64,000 nt of DNA from an uncultured Gammaproteobacteria bacterium (GCA_964620905.1 CAZUKA010000002.1:191112-255111); one strand, 5' to 3'. Positions 10,479-20,542 are shown, counted from the first letter of the stretch. The notes: generated by a model from the letters alone, not told the origin. Numbers and translations: made by a program.

Positions 10479-10775
10479 TTATTTTAAGTTGGGCAAGGAG
10501 TAACCAGAGTCTTTAATTTTTTTAGCCATGACGCGGTGAATTTTTTTGATTAATTCCTCGTGGGCTTTTATAATATTTTTTTCCAATTCGTCTTTTTTAT
10601 TTTTGTCTAATAGTTCCGGATCAATTTGACAAGAAGTTAGGTTTTGATTGCCATCCATCTTCAATTTAACACCACCATAGCTAACCTCTTCGCTTTCTTG
10701 ACCAAGGGTTTTTTGCATCTCTTTAGCTTGAGTGCGTAATTCTTTGATTTGATTTAATTTGGAAAACATTGACAT
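10479..10775 (-). CDS. ybaB: nucleoid-associated protein YbaB/EbfC
   Basis: 98 aa, QAKEMQKTLGQESEEV...GGVKLKMDGNQNL pattern; the conserved dnaX/ybaB-recR adjacency is partly retained. Confidence 0.8.
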   Translation of the reverse strand: MSMFSKLNQIKELRTQAKEMQKTLGQESEEVSYGGVKLKMDGNQNLTSCQIDPELLDKNKKDELEKNIIKAHEELIKKIHRVMAKKIKDSGYSLPNLK

Positions 10776-10784
10776 AAGTTTTTA

Positions 10785-10839
10785 GAATTATGAATTAAGA
10801 ATTACTAATTATAAGATAATAAATCGCAATTCATAATTC
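10785..10839. repeat. 12-bp perfect inverted repeat GAATTATGAATT...AATTCATAATTC (32-nt spacer) between dnaB stop and ybaB start
   Basis: Arms at 10785-96 and 10828-39; the 19-mer GAATTATGAATTAAGAAT recurs at 52981. Confidence 0.5.
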
Positions 10840-10840
10840 A

Positions 10841-12214
10841 TTATTCAAATTCAGGTTGGGGAGAATCAGAGCGAGCTTTATTTTCAAATCTAACCTTTTC
10901 TTCGTTGAAAACCAATTCTAGCCAGCCCGTTGGGCCGTTGCGATGTTTGGCAATAATAACCTCGGCGATATGTCGTTTATCAGGATCGGTTTCTTCTCGT
11001 TTGTACATATATTCGCGGTAAATAAAAAGCACAACATCAGCATCTTGTTCGATTGAACCTGATTCACGTAAATGTGCCAGCTTTGGTTTTGGTGGTCTTT
11101 CCATTTCCACTGCTCGGGAAAGTTGGGATAAAGCTAATACCGGTAAGTTTAGTTCTCTTGCTAAGGCTTTAAGTGCCCTGGATATTTCGCTTACTTCCTG
11201 CACGCGATTATCAGAATTTTTACTGCGTCCTTCCATTAATTGTAAATAGTCAATCATAATTAGTTCCAAACCATGTTCAGCTTTCAATCGTCTGGCTTTG
11301 GTGCGTAATTCCATGATATTGGCGGTAGCACTGTCATCAATAAATATTGGCGCGTCAGATAAAACTGACATAGCATGTCCAATCCTAGGGAAATCATCAT
11401 CTTCTTCGCGGTCTGATAGTCGGCCGGTGCGCATTCGCCACAAATCTACGCCAGCCTCGGCACAAAGCATGCGATCAACTAACTGTTCTTTGCTCATTTC
11501 TAAAGAAAATATTCCCACTGGATGTCCAGCTTTGCCAACTTGTCTGGCAATATCAAGAGCAAGAGTGGTTTTTCCCATAGAAGGTCTAGCTGCTAAAATA
11601 ATCAGATCTGATTTTTGCAAGCCCGCAAGTTTGTTATCAAGATCATAAAAACCAGTAGGTAGTCCTCGGATGCGTCCGCCTTCACGATGCATCTCATCTA
11701 TTCTTTCAAAGGTTTCATCCAAAATTGATCTGACGGGAATGAAGTTTTGTTTAAGATGTTTTTGAGAGATTTGAAAAATTTTCTGTTCGGCTTCGTCAAG
11801 TAAAGCATCTACTTTTTCTTCTTCACTAAAACCCAAAGCCGTGATTTCTTGAGCGGCACGGATTAATTTGCGCAGAGCCGCCTTTTTTTGAACGATTTGG
11901 GCATAACTCACAATATTACTGGAAGTTGCTACACTGTTGGTTAATTCAGTCAAATAGCCACGGCCGCCAATTTTATCAAGTAATTGTTTTTCCTGTAGGC
12001 GGTTAGTCAGGCTTAATAGATCAATAGGTTCGCGTTCGCTATAGAGTTCCAACATGATTTCAAAAATCTGTTGGTGAGCTTCTTTATAGAAGTCATCACT
12101 TGATAGAGTGTCAGCAATTTTAGCAATAGCTTCTGGATCAATCAAAATAGAGCCTAAAACACTGGTTTCAGCCTCTAAATTTTGTGGTGGTAGCTTATTT
12201 ATTTCCTCAGACAT
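10841..12214 (-). CDS. dnaB: replicative DNA helicase DnaB
   Basis: N-terminal DnaB domain (PPQNLEAETSVLGSIL) plus RecA-like core with Walker A GARPSMGKT. Confidence 0.95.
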   Translation of the reverse strand: MSEEINKLPPQNLEAETSVLGSILIDPEAIAKIADTLSSDDFYKEAHQQIFEIMLELYSEREPIDLLSLTNRLQEKQLLDKIGGRGYLTELTNSVATSSNIVSYAQIVQKKAALRKLIRAAQEITALGFSEEEKVDALLDEAEQKIFQISQKHLKQNFIPVRSILDETFERIDEMHREGGRIRGLPTGFYDLDNKLAGLQKSDLIILAARPSMGKTTLALDIARQVGKAGHPVGIFSLEMSKEQLVDRMLCAEAGVDLWRMRTGRLSDREEDDDFPRIGHAMSVLSDAPIFIDDSATANIMELRTKARRLKAEHGLELIMIDYLQLMEGRSKNSDNRVQEVSEISRALKALARELNLPVLALSQLSRAVEMERPPKPKLAHLRESGSIEQDADVVLFIYREYMYKREETDPDKRHIAEVIIAKHRNGPTGWLELVFNEEKVRFENKARSDSPQPEFE

Positions 12215-12362
12215 AGTAGTCTTATTTTACGGAAGAATTGTTCTTTTTTCAAGCGTTTATTTTACAGAGGAAATCCACTTGTCATTCACATCGATGATCG
12301 GTAAGATAATATAAATGATCATTAAAATAAATATATAAAACAATAAATAAAGGAGAATAAAA

Positions 12363-13373
12363 ATGAAAAAATCAAAATTTTTATTAATTTTTTTGATAGT
12401 GTTGTTGGTCATTTTGTTGACGCAGAGCTTTATGCTTTATGATATTTATCATAGTAGCCAGCAAACTGAAATTTCCAATCAACAAAAAATTTCACAACTT
12501 GAAAAACAAATAAACACTATTACATCAGATTTTTATTTACAAAACATTGATATTCCCAAACAGATTAATTTTGCTGATAAAGAAATTATTTTAGATGATG
12601 TTGTTCGAGAAGAAATTTTTGCCAAAGTGGTTCGTTTCAAAAGCGATCGTTGGCGTTGGCCAATAATCAATTATCGTTTGGAGAAATATTCATTTATTCT
12701 TGATACCTTGCGTGCCTTGGGGGCACATCAAGATTTGATTTATTTAGCTATTCAAGAAAGTTTTTTAAACCCCCGAGCTATTTCTTGGGCTAAGGCCAGT
12801 GGTTTTTGGCAATTCGTTCCCACAACTGCTAGAAGTTATAAACTGGAAATAAATGATTATATAGATCAGCGTTTTAATCCTGCACAAGCAACTATTGCTG
12901 CCGTCAAACACCTCGATGATTTATTGAAAGTATTTTCTGGTAATTGGGCACTCGCAGCTGCCGCTTATAATGTTGGCGAAGGTAGGGTTTTACAAAGCAT
13001 ACGTATCAAAGGCACGACTAATTATTTTGATTTGAATTTACCCAGAGAAACAGCTGAATATTTTATCAATATTTTGGCCTGGAAAATTATAATGGAAGCT
13101 GATGATAATTTTGTCAAACGCTTCAACCCGCAGGTTGATTTTACGATTAAATATATTGAGGTTAAATTAACCCTCCACCAAACCCTAAAAGTCAAAGAGA
13201 TTTTATCAGTATTTAACAATAGTTATCGTGTGTGGCGCAACCTCAATCCGATTTATATTAGAGATGAAGTACCTAGAGGTGCTCATTTACTAAAAATTCC
13301 ACAAGAAAATTTAACAATTTTCAATCAGCTGCTGGAAAGAAAAAAGGTTACTTACGTGGTGATAAAAAGTTAA
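12363..13373 (+). CDS. membrane-anchored lytic transglycosylase (SLT domain)
   Basis: N-terminal TM; ESFLNPRAISWAKASGFWQFVPTTA matches the SLT catalytic motif ES..NP.A.S..GA.GLMQ..P.TA. Confidence 0.7.
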   Translation: MKKSKFLLIFLIVLLVILLTQSFMLYDIYHSSQQTEISNQQKISQLEKQINTITSDFYLQNIDIPKQINFADKEIILDDVVREEIFAKVVRFKSDRWRWPIINYRLEKYSFILDTLRALGAHQDLIYLAIQESFLNPRAISWAKASGFWQFVPTTARSYKLEINDYIDQRFNPAQATIAAVKHLDDLLKVFSGNWALAAAAYNVGEGRVLQSIRIKGTTNYFDLNLPRETAEYFINILAWKIIMEADDNFVKRFNPQVDFTIKYIEVKLTLHQTLKVKEILSVFNNSYRVWRNLNPIYIRDEVPRGAHLLKIPQENLTIFNQLLERKKVTYVVIKS

Positions 13374-13406
13374 GACTATCAATTAGGTGGTAAAAATAAA
13401 AAAATT

Positions 13407-13437
13407 AGCCCAAGGTAATATCTTGGGCTTTTCTCTT
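13407..13437 (+). terminator. intrinsic terminator after the lytic transglycosylase gene
   Basis: AGCCCAAG-gtaatat-CTTGGGCT plus TTTCTCTT. Confidence 0.6.
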
Positions 13438-13513
13438 GCCAAAATTATTTAGTTTTGCTATATTATGTTTTGTTATTTGTTATTAGTAATTAGAAATTAG
13501 TAATTAATAACTT

Positions 13514-13589
13514 GGGTCGTTAGCTCAGTCGGTAGAGCGCCAGCCTTTTAAGCTGGGCGTCACAGGTTCGAATCCTGTACGACCCACCA
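13514..13589 (+). tRNA. tRNA-Lys (anticodon TTT)
   Basis: Cloverleaf by hand: acceptor GGGTCGT/ACGACCC, anticodon loop CTTTTAA, T-loop GGTTCGAATCC, CCA encoded. Confidence 0.85.
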
Positions 13590-13625
13590 TAAAAATTTGT
13601 TTATCAACAGCGGTAGACAAATTTT

Positions 13626-14903
13626 TTATTTTGATAATTTTTTTAGTACTGTTTTAATATCAGTAAATGACTGGCCATAAATAAGTAGTCCTTCTTTATG
13701 TCCGCCCATTACCAAAGCACCAATAGGTTCATTTTTTTTATTTAAAATTTTTTTTATTTCTTGACTTATAGCTGGTGTACCATAGGTGGCGATTGGAGAG
13801 GTGGTAGGTATTTTATTTAGATGTTTTTTCCACAATAAAAGATTGTGAATATGGACAACTACTTGTACCTTGGGTAAGCAATCATAGACAGCTGCATGGC
13901 TAAGTGATTCTGATGAAGCCACAGTGGCACCTTGGCAGGTAATATGATTTTTTTGATAATCCCAACCGTAAACTAAAGCAAAATGTTTATTGTTTAAGTA
14001 TTTATACCCGCCGGTAGCATTACCCGAAATGATGAAACCTTTTTTCACGCGATAGCTAATGTTGCCAAATCCAACTCCTTGTTGGTTGCGACCAATTAAT
14101 TTTTTTTGCCAAAAAAACGATCGATATTTTTTTAGTTGGGCAGTGGCAGTTGAAGACGATAAAGCTTTTGCTTTTTGCCAGGTATAATTGAATTTTATAT
14201 AACCATCCGTTTCTTGATGAATATCAATAATTGGTAAAATAGCTAAAAAAGATTTTACCGAGTGATCAGCGACTGAACATTTTTTTATTCCAATATAGAT
14301 AGAAATAAAATTCATTTTTTTAGCACCCATAATATCTCGGTCACAATTATCACCAATTACATAAACCGCTGGCTGTTGTTTAAAATTTGCTTTTTTTAGA
14401 GCTAATTTAAAGATAGGAGTAAATGGTTTTTCTTTACCGACTTCTTCTGAACAAACTATAAAATCAAAAAAGTGAGCAATTTTTAAGTATTCCAGTTTAG
14501 TGATTTGGATGTTAGAAAGCAGATCGGTTACCAGGCCCATTCTAATTTTATTTTTTTTAATTATCTGTAAAGTTTTTTTGACTGTTGGAAAAAGTCGCAG
14601 GTTTTTGTAGGTTGTAAGCCAATATAGATTAGCAATGTCGTTAAGTAGCTTTGGTTGTAAGGGCAAGCGTAAAAGTTCAAACATTTTTTGAAAGTATAAG
14701 AATCGGTTATGTGAGGAAGCAGTTGGTCCTAAACGTTTGTGAACATCGTCTCGGGCTTGAGTATAGAGTTGGTTGAATTTTTTCTCGGAAATATCAGGCT
14801 TAATTTTTTTTAAAAAAACAAAACAAGCTCGTTTAGCTTGATTGTAAGCTTGAGTGGCATTGCATAAAGTATCATCAATATCAATTAGTAATAGTTTGTC
14901 CAT
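13626..14903 (-). CDS. fusion protein: N-terminal HAD-superfamily hydrolase, C-terminal class II aldolase/adducin domain
   Basis: LLIDIDDTL and VIGDNCDRDIMGA are HAD motifs I and IV; SSESLSHAAVY and VVVHIHN match class II aldolase zinc-site motifs. ATG at 14903 preferred (TATAAT 7 nt upstream suggests a leaderless mRNA); the ORF track extends to a TTG at 14969. Confidence 0.55.
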   Translation of the reverse strand: MDKLLLIDIDDTLCNATQAYNQAKRACFVFLKKIKPDISEKKFNQLYTQARDDVHKRLGPTASSHNRFLYFQKMFELLRLPLQPKLLNDIANLYWLTTYKNLRLFPTVKKTLQIIKKNKIRMGLVTDLLSNIQITKLEYLKIAHFFDFIVCSEEVGKEKPFTPIFKLALKKANFKQQPAVYVIGDNCDRDIMGAKKMNFISIYIGIKKCSVADHSVKSFLAILPIIDIHQETDGYIKFNYTWQKAKALSSSTATAQLKKYRSFFWQKKLIGRNQQGVGFGNISYRVKKGFIISGNATGGYKYLNNKHFALVYGWDYQKNHITCQGATVASSESLSHAAVYDCLPKVQVVVHIHNLLLWKKHLNKIPTTSPIATYGTPAISQEIKKILNKKNEPIGALVMGGHKEGLLIYGQSFTDIKTVLKKLSK

Positions 14904-14983
14904 ATTATAATTATAGCAAAAATTAGTAGATTTCGAACTATTTACTGTTGGACTTATTTTTGTTGTCAAGATAAAATTAGTTT

Positions 14984-15253
14984 ATGGATGAAATAATGAG
15001 AAAAAAATTGACTGTGGCTGCCGCTCAGATGGCCAAAGAACATCCGGTCAATTTTGAAAACAACCCAAATATTAACCGTACAGAAAAGACCCCGGCTGAT
15101 ATTGTCTACCAAGGAAAAATTGTTGGGTATTATGATACTCAAATTGCGATGTGGCGGAAAGGTGATCGGGAAAATTTTTCCCTAGATGATAAAACCTACC
15201 CTAATCAGGAAGAATTGTTGCAGGATTTACACAAGGAATTTTCTGATCTTTAG
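14984..15253 (+). CDS. hypothetical protein (89 aa)
   Basis: Complete ORF, no recognisable motif. Confidence 0.3.
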   Translation: MDEIMRKKLTVAAAQMAKEHPVNFENNPNINRTEKTPADIVYQGKIVGYYDTQIAMWRKGDRENFSLDDKTYPNQEELLQDLHKEFSDL

Positions 15254-15388
15254 ATGTTTTTATAATTCATCAGTACCTCTTACTTAGGAGGCGTTTTTAT
15301 ATTGACAAAATCAATTATTTTGTTAGCATAAGTAAATTGCGATCGTTAGCAGTTCACAAAATCAATCATAAATTCACGGAGGTAACTC

Positions 15389-16774
15389 TTGGAACATTTA
15401 TCTATTTCTTGGTTGGCAATTTTGCCTTTTAGTCTAATGCTTGGTATTATTGCTGTTTTTCCGTTATGGGAAAAAACTACCCACAGTTGGGAAAAAAATT
15501 CATTTAAGCTATTATTGGCTTTATTATTGGGAATCCCGGTAGCTGTTTGGATGTTAGCAATTGGTCAGACAGAAGCGGTGATTCATGCACTGGTAGAATA
15601 TGGTCAGTTTATAATGTTACTTACTACTTTATTTGTAGTATCTGGCAATGTATTTTTACAAGGTGATATTGAAGCAACGCCACAAACAAACATGAGATTT
15701 CTTGCCGTTGGCGGAATTTTAGCCTCTTTTATTGGCACTACAGGAGCAGCAATGATACTGATTCGGCCACTACTCAATACCAATAAAGAAAGAAAGTATG
15801 TTGTTCATACTGTAATATTTTTTATTTTTATTGTGGCCAATTGTGGTGGACTACTTACTCCACTAGGGGATCCACCTTTGTTTCTTGGTATGCTCAGAGG
15901 CGTGCCTTTTAATTGGACATTTTCTCTATGGCCGGAGTGGTTATATATGGTCGCAAGTTTATTATTGTTATATTATTTGCTGGATAGTTTTTATTATTAC
16001 CTGGAACCACAGAGTAATATTGTCAGAGATAGGACCAATGTTTTGCCAATCAAATTGATTGGTAAAAGGAATTTATTATTACTTGCTGGTGTGGTAGCAG
16101 CTGTGGCTTTTGCTCCCTCAATTGATTTAACTGCTTATCATCATAATTTTGCAGCCACTGAACTTATCCCGATTAGAGAGATGATTATGGCATTACTTAT
16201 ATATTTATCTTTACTGGGTCCGCAGGTAGCTCGCCGACAAAATGAATTCAATTATCATGCTATACAAGAAGTAGCCGCTTTGTTTATAGGAATATTTCTT
16301 ACGATGATTCCAGCCTTGATGTATTTGCGGCAGATTGCGCCCACTTTACCTCTCAATGAAGTTACTTTTTTTATTTTTACCGGTGGTTTGAGTTCAGTAC
16401 TTGATAATGCCCCGACATATCTGACCTTTTTTGAAATGGCCCAGTCTATGGGAGGCACTCCAGCTATCGCTGGAGTATTTGAGTCATATCTCATATCCAT
16501 TTCCTTGGGCGCTGTATTTTGTGGTGCCATGACATATATAGGTAATGGGCCAAATTTTATGGTCAAAGCTATAGCTGAAGAAAGAGGCATCGCTATGCCG
16601 TCATTTATTGGTTATTTAAAATGGTCAGTGACTATTTTAATCCCTTTGTTTATTTCACTGGTAATGATATTTGTTGTGGGTGGTTGGTGGCTGGTAATAG
16701 GCTCTAGTTTTTTGGCACTTTATGTTCTGTTCTTTTTTTATTTATGTTATCAAAAAAAACCAGTATTGGTTTAA
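15389..16774 (+). CDS. ion transporter superfamily permease (NhaD/ArsB/CitMHS-like)
   Basis: About 12 TM, internal repeat architecture, IRPLLNTNKERKYVVH..GGLLTPLGDPP; TTG start with GGAGG RBS. Confidence 0.5.
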   Translation: MEHLSISWLAILPFSLMLGIIAVFPLWEKTTHSWEKNSFKLLLALLLGIPVAVWMLAIGQTEAVIHALVEYGQFIMLLTTLFVVSGNVFLQGDIEATPQTNMRFLAVGGILASFIGTTGAAMILIRPLLNTNKERKYVVHTVIFFIFIVANCGGLLTPLGDPPLFLGMLRGVPFNWTFSLWPEWLYMVASLLLLYYLLDSFYYYLEPQSNIVRDRTNVLPIKLIGKRNLLLLAGVVAAVAFAPSIDLTAYHHNFAATELIPIREMIMALLIYLSLLGPQVARRQNEFNYHAIQEVAALFIGIFLTMIPALMYLRQIAPTLPLNEVTFFIFTGGLSSVLDNAPTYLTFFEMAQSMGGTPAIAGVFESYLISISLGAVFCGAMTYIGNGPNFMVKAIAEERGIAMPSFIGYLKWSVTILIPLFISLVMIFVVGGWWLVIGSSFLALYVLFFFYLCYQKKPVLV

Positions 16775-16779
16775 ATTTT

Positions 16780-16806
16780 GCCCTGATTAATCAGGGCTTT
16801 TTTATT
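16780..16806 (+). terminator. intrinsic terminator after the NhaD/ArsB-like permease gene
   Basis: 18-bp perfect palindrome GCCCTGATTAATCAGGGC plus TTTTTTATT. Confidence 0.6.
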
Positions 16807-16847
16807 AGTTAATAAATTATATGTTATACTTTAACTAGTATTATTTT

Positions 16848-19601
16848 ATGGAAAAAACAGTTTTACAAACAGAATTTTATAGTTTAGAGGTTGATAAGGC
16901 CTTAGAATTATTGGATAGTTCCGTTTATGGTTTGGCAAATGATGATGTCAAGGCAAGGTTAAATCAGTTTGGGCTCAATGTTTTGCCTGTTGAAAAGAAG
17001 ACTTCAAAAATTTTGATGTTTTTTTCCCAATTCAATAGTTTATTAGTTTATTTATTATTGGGGGCAGCGGCGTTGTCTTTTTATTTTGATCATGTGGTTG
17101 ATGCAGTAGTGATTTTGATTGTGGTTTTGATTAATGCTATTTTTGGTTTTGTTCAGGAATATCGTTCAGAAAAAGCTATCGCGGCTTTGAAAAAATTGGT
17201 TAAAGACACCATCAGAGTTTTACGTGGTGGACAACAGGTAGAAATTGAAGTCGCTCAATTAGTACCGGGTGATATTATGTTGGTAGCTGAGGGTGATAAA
17301 TTGCCAGCTGACGGTCGGGTAATTGAAGCAAAAAATTTATTGGTCAATGAAGCTTCACTAACTGGCGAATCAATACCGCAAAGAAAAATAGTCAATATAA
17401 TCAATACTAAAACTGCTTTACAGGAAAGAGAAAATATGATTTATAGTGGCACCGTAGTAGTAGCTGGCGAGGGCAAGGTGTTGATTACTGCTACCGGCGT
17501 TATTACTGAATTGGGTAAAATTGCCACTCAAGTTCAAAGTTCTAGTCGAGGAAAAAGTCATTTTATGGATAAGGTTGATCATTTAGGTAAACAACTGGCA
17601 ATAATCGCCATTGTCGGATCATTGCTGGTGGTTTTGATTGGTTGGTTAAATAATTTTGATTGGTTTGATCTGTTTTTATTTGGTATTGCTTCAGCTGTAT
17701 CTGGCATTCCTGAGGGTTTGCCAGTAGTTTTGGTTGTGGTATTGGCGATTGGTGTACAACGTATGGCCAAACGAAGGGCAATTGTCAAACATTTAGCTTC
17801 AGTTGAGCCTTTGGGTATGGTAGATGTTATTTGTACAGATAAAACCGGCACGTTGACTAAAAATGTAATGACAGTGACTAATATTTTTTATGGTGGTAAG
17901 ACAATTTCTGTCAGTGGTACAGGATATAAATTGAAAGGAGATTTTTGGTCTGAACACAATAAAATAGTACCGCTTACAGATCCTTGGTTAGCCCGCTTAC
18001 TAATTGCTGGTTCAATTGTTCATCATTCATCTTTGATTATGAAATCAGATGGAGAAAATAAAGATGAGGCAGTTGAAGTGGTAGGAGATCCAACCGAAGT
18101 AGCCTTGATGATAGCTGCTCATAAAGCCGGTTTGAGCAAGGAACAGTTGTTGGTTGATCATAAGATTATAGATAATATTCCTTTTAATTCAGATGACAAA
18201 TTTCAAGCCGCCTTAATTGGTAGTAAATTGTCAGATGATTCGGTGGAAAATAATTTATATACAATTGGTGCTTTGGAAACATTGTTACCGCGGTGTAAAA
18301 AAATTTTATGGCAGGGAGAAGAAAAAAAATCAAACCATGAGTTGATTGATGAATATGAAAAAAATCACAAACTCCTAGCTCAAACCGGCCATCGTCTCAT
18401 TGCCATAGCTTATAAGTCAGTCAATGCCAAACAAACAGAAATTAATCACGAAGATGTTGAGGGTTTAACTTTGCTTGGTTTATTTGCATTGATTGATCCT
18501 CCTCGGGAAGAAGTCAAAACCGCTATTGATTTGTGTCAGCGGGCAGGTATCAGAGTGATTATGATTACTGGTGATAATATTGATACTGCTATGGCGATTG
18601 GTAAACAAATTGGACTCTTGGACAAAAAAGACGATCGCGGACAAGTTTTTACTGATTTAGATATTGCCGATTACAATGATAAGCAATTTGCTGATTTAGC
18701 AAAAAAGGTGAAAATTTTAGCCAGAGTTTCACCCACCACCAAAATGCGTTTAGTCAAAGAGTTGCAAGCCAGTGGTCATACAGTGGCGATGACTGGTGAT
18801 GGTGTCAATGATGCACCTGCTTTAAAACAAGCAGATATTGGTGTAGCAATGGGTAGAGTGGGTACTGATGTTGCTAGGGAAGCGGCTGAGATAGTTTTGG
18901 CTGATGATAATTTTGCATCTTTGGTTAGTGCGGTAGAGGAAGGTCGGGCAGTTTTCAACAATGTCAGACGCACGTCAGCTTTTTTAGTAACAACCAATGT
19001 AGCAGAGTTTTTAACCTTGATAGTGATGTTGTTATTTGGCGCGGGAATGCCATTATTGCCAATCCAGATTTTGTGGCTTAATTTAGTAACCGATGGTTTT
19101 GCTGGCATTTCGCTGGCAACAGAAAAAACTCACGGTGATGTGCTATATCGTTCGCCTTATCCCAAGGGTACAAAAATTTTAAACCGAGAAGTGTTTGATT
19201 TGATAGTTATTGTTGGTTTGTTGATGGTGATGTGTGCAGTGGTAGTCGGTTATCCTTTATTGAAAAATGGTGTGTATGATTATGGTCGCACTATGATTTT
19301 TGCTAGTATGTCTATTTTACAGTTGTGGAATGTATTCAATTTGCGTTCAATGAATAAATCTATCTGGCGAGTTGGTTGGTTTAAAAATAATTATATAAAT
19401 TTGGGAATTTTGGCTTCTTTGGTTTTGATGTTGGTAGTGATGTATGTACCATTTTTACAAGATGTGTTTTCATTTGTACCACTCTCTTTTAAAGATTGGT
19501 TAATGATTGTACCTCTGACTTTTTCTGTGATACTTGGTGTGGAGATATATAAATATTTTAAATTTTACGACAAACGTTTGTTCAAAAAAAGTGATGCTTG
19601 A
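16848..19601 (+). CDS. P-type cation-transporting ATPase, P2 (Ca2+/SERCA-PMCA-like)
   Basis: DKTGTLT phosphorylation site, TGDGVNDAPAL hinge, 917 aa with about 10 TM. Confidence 0.9.
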   Translation: MEKTVLQTEFYSLEVDKALELLDSSVYGLANDDVKARLNQFGLNVLPVEKKTSKILMFFSQFNSLLVYLLLGAAALSFYFDHVVDAVVILIVVLINAIFGFVQEYRSEKAIAALKKLVKDTIRVLRGGQQVEIEVAQLVPGDIMLVAEGDKLPADGRVIEAKNLLVNEASLTGESIPQRKIVNIINTKTALQERENMIYSGTVVVAGEGKVLITATGVITELGKIATQVQSSSRGKSHFMDKVDHLGKQLAIIAIVGSLLVVLIGWLNNFDWFDLFLFGIASAVSGIPEGLPVVLVVVLAIGVQRMAKRRAIVKHLASVEPLGMVDVICTDKTGTLTKNVMTVTNIFYGGKTISVSGTGYKLKGDFWSEHNKIVPLTDPWLARLLIAGSIVHHSSLIMKSDGENKDEAVEVVGDPTEVALMIAAHKAGLSKEQLLVDHKIIDNIPFNSDDKFQAALIGSKLSDDSVENNLYTIGALETLLPRCKKILWQGEEKKSNHELIDEYEKNHKLLAQTGHRLIAIAYKSVNAKQTEINHEDVEGLTLLGLFALIDPPREEVKTAIDLCQRAGIRVIMITGDNIDTAMAIGKQIGLLDKKDDRGQVFTDLDIADYNDKQFADLAKKVKILARVSPTTKMRLVKELQASGHTVAMTGDGVNDAPALKQADIGVAMGRVGTDVAREAAEIVLADDNFASLVSAVEEGRAVFNNVRRTSAFLVTTNVAEFLTLIVMLLFGAGMPLLPIQILWLNLVTDGFAGISLATEKTHGDVLYRSPYPKGTKILNREVFDLIVIVGLLMVMCAVVVGYPLLKNGVYDYGRTMIFASMSILQLWNVFNLRSMNKSIWRVGWFKNNYINLGILASLVLMLVVMYVPFLQDVFSFVPLSFKDWLMIVPLTFSVILGVEIYKYFKFYDKRLFKKSDA

Positions 19602-19713
19602 CCAAGTAAAAAATTTTTGCTATAATTAATATATGGTGAGACAAATATCAAATAATAATAACAATTTTTGACACGGCCTTAGGGGTACGGAAATTTTTAT
19701 TATTTTTTAGAAA

Positions 19714-19745
19714 CCGGCTTCCTAAGAGCCGGGTGTTTTATTTGT
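19714..19745 (+). terminator. intrinsic terminator after the P-type ATPase gene
   Basis: CCGGCT-tcctaag-AGCCGG then GTGTTTTATTT. Confidence 0.5.
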
Positions 19746-19800
19746 AACTGGCTATAATTGTAAGCGAAATAAATTATATCCATTTGACTGCTAAGATTAA

Positions 19801-19875
19801 TGCTAGGTAGTTCAGTGGTAGAACGCCGCGCTGTTAACGCGGATGTCGCTGGTTCGATCCCAGCCCTAGCAGCCA
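19801..19875 (+). tRNA. tRNA-Asn (anticodon GTT)
   Basis: Acceptor TGCTAGG/CCTAGCA, anticodon stem CCGCG/CGCGG, loop CTGTTAA, T-loop TTCGATC. Confidence 0.8.
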
Positions 19876-19997
19876 ATTGTGTGGAATAATATTAGTTGCA
19901 GGCCTGTTTCGCCTCGGTAGTCAAAAATATAAATGGTTGTAGTATTGAAGTAGAAATTTTATTTAATTTTTATTCATAAAGGGTGTATAGTTGAAAT

Positions 19998-20339
19998 ATG
20001 TTAAGAATAATTTTAAAATATATTAAAATTTTTTTTTGGTTAAGTATATTTGTAAGTATGATAATTTTATTTATGCCGGGTGGTACCCAGCCCGGGCTAC
20101 CTTATATTGATAAGGTAGCTCATTTTTTGTTGTTTGGAGGTTTGAGTTGGTTAGGATTAAAAAGTTACCAAAGCGTATTTACTATTATTTCCAGTTTAAT
20201 AGTTTATACAATTCTAGCAGAGTTTATTCAGTATTTTTTTATATTAAATAGAGGTCTTGAATTTATGGATGCAGTGATGGGGATAGTGGGGATTGGGGCG
20301 GGATGGTTGATACATAGGAGTAAACTTATTCAGTTTTAA
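19998..20339 (+). CDS. VanZ-like family membrane protein
   Basis: DKVAHFLLFGGLSWL matches the VanZ conserved region; 3-4 TM. Confidence 0.55.
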   Translation: MLRIILKYIKIFFWLSIFVSMIILFMPGGTQPGLPYIDKVAHFLLFGGLSWLGLKSYQSVFTIISSLIVYTILAEFIQYFFILNRGLEFMDAVMGIVGIGAGWLIHRSKLIQF

Positions 20340-20359
20340 ATAATAAGTATAAATTAAAA

Positions 20360-20510
20360 TTAAATCCTAAATAATAAATTCTAAATACTAAACAAATTCA
20401 AAATCACAAATTCAAATTTTCAAAAAGATGTTATTAATTTTAGTTTTAGATTTTAATATTTGAATTTAGATATTGTTTAGGATTTAGTGCTTTGGATTTA
20501 GAGTTTATTA
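20360..20510. repeat. MITE-like AT-rich palindromic intergenic element, copy 1
   Basis: About 150-bp imperfect hairpin; 31/32-nt identity (CTAAATACTAAACAAATTCAAAATCA...) and a 24-nt identical right arm (ATATTTGAATTTAGATATTGTTTA) shared with 53010-53145. Confidence 0.55.
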
Positions 20511-20542
20511 ATTTAATATATTATTTTATATAATTTAAAATT

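Noticed and set aside
6282-19108. Internal or antisense ORFs within adk, map, the WecA-like gene, recR, dnaB, the transglycosylase gene, the permease gene and the P-type ATPase gene (6282-6545, 6639-6830, 8579-8839, 9799-10173, 11298-11648, 12108-12314, 13022-13219, 16255-16590, 17563-17851, 18776-19108)
   Set aside because: Each is fully contained in or antisense to a well-supported gene. No independent signals.
13514-19875. tRNA-linked integrative element or prophage
   Set aside because: tRNA-Lys and tRNA-Asn are present, but there is no integrase, recombinase or phage-like gene and no direct repeat of a tRNA 3' end nearby. The flanking genes are ordinary chromosomal functions.
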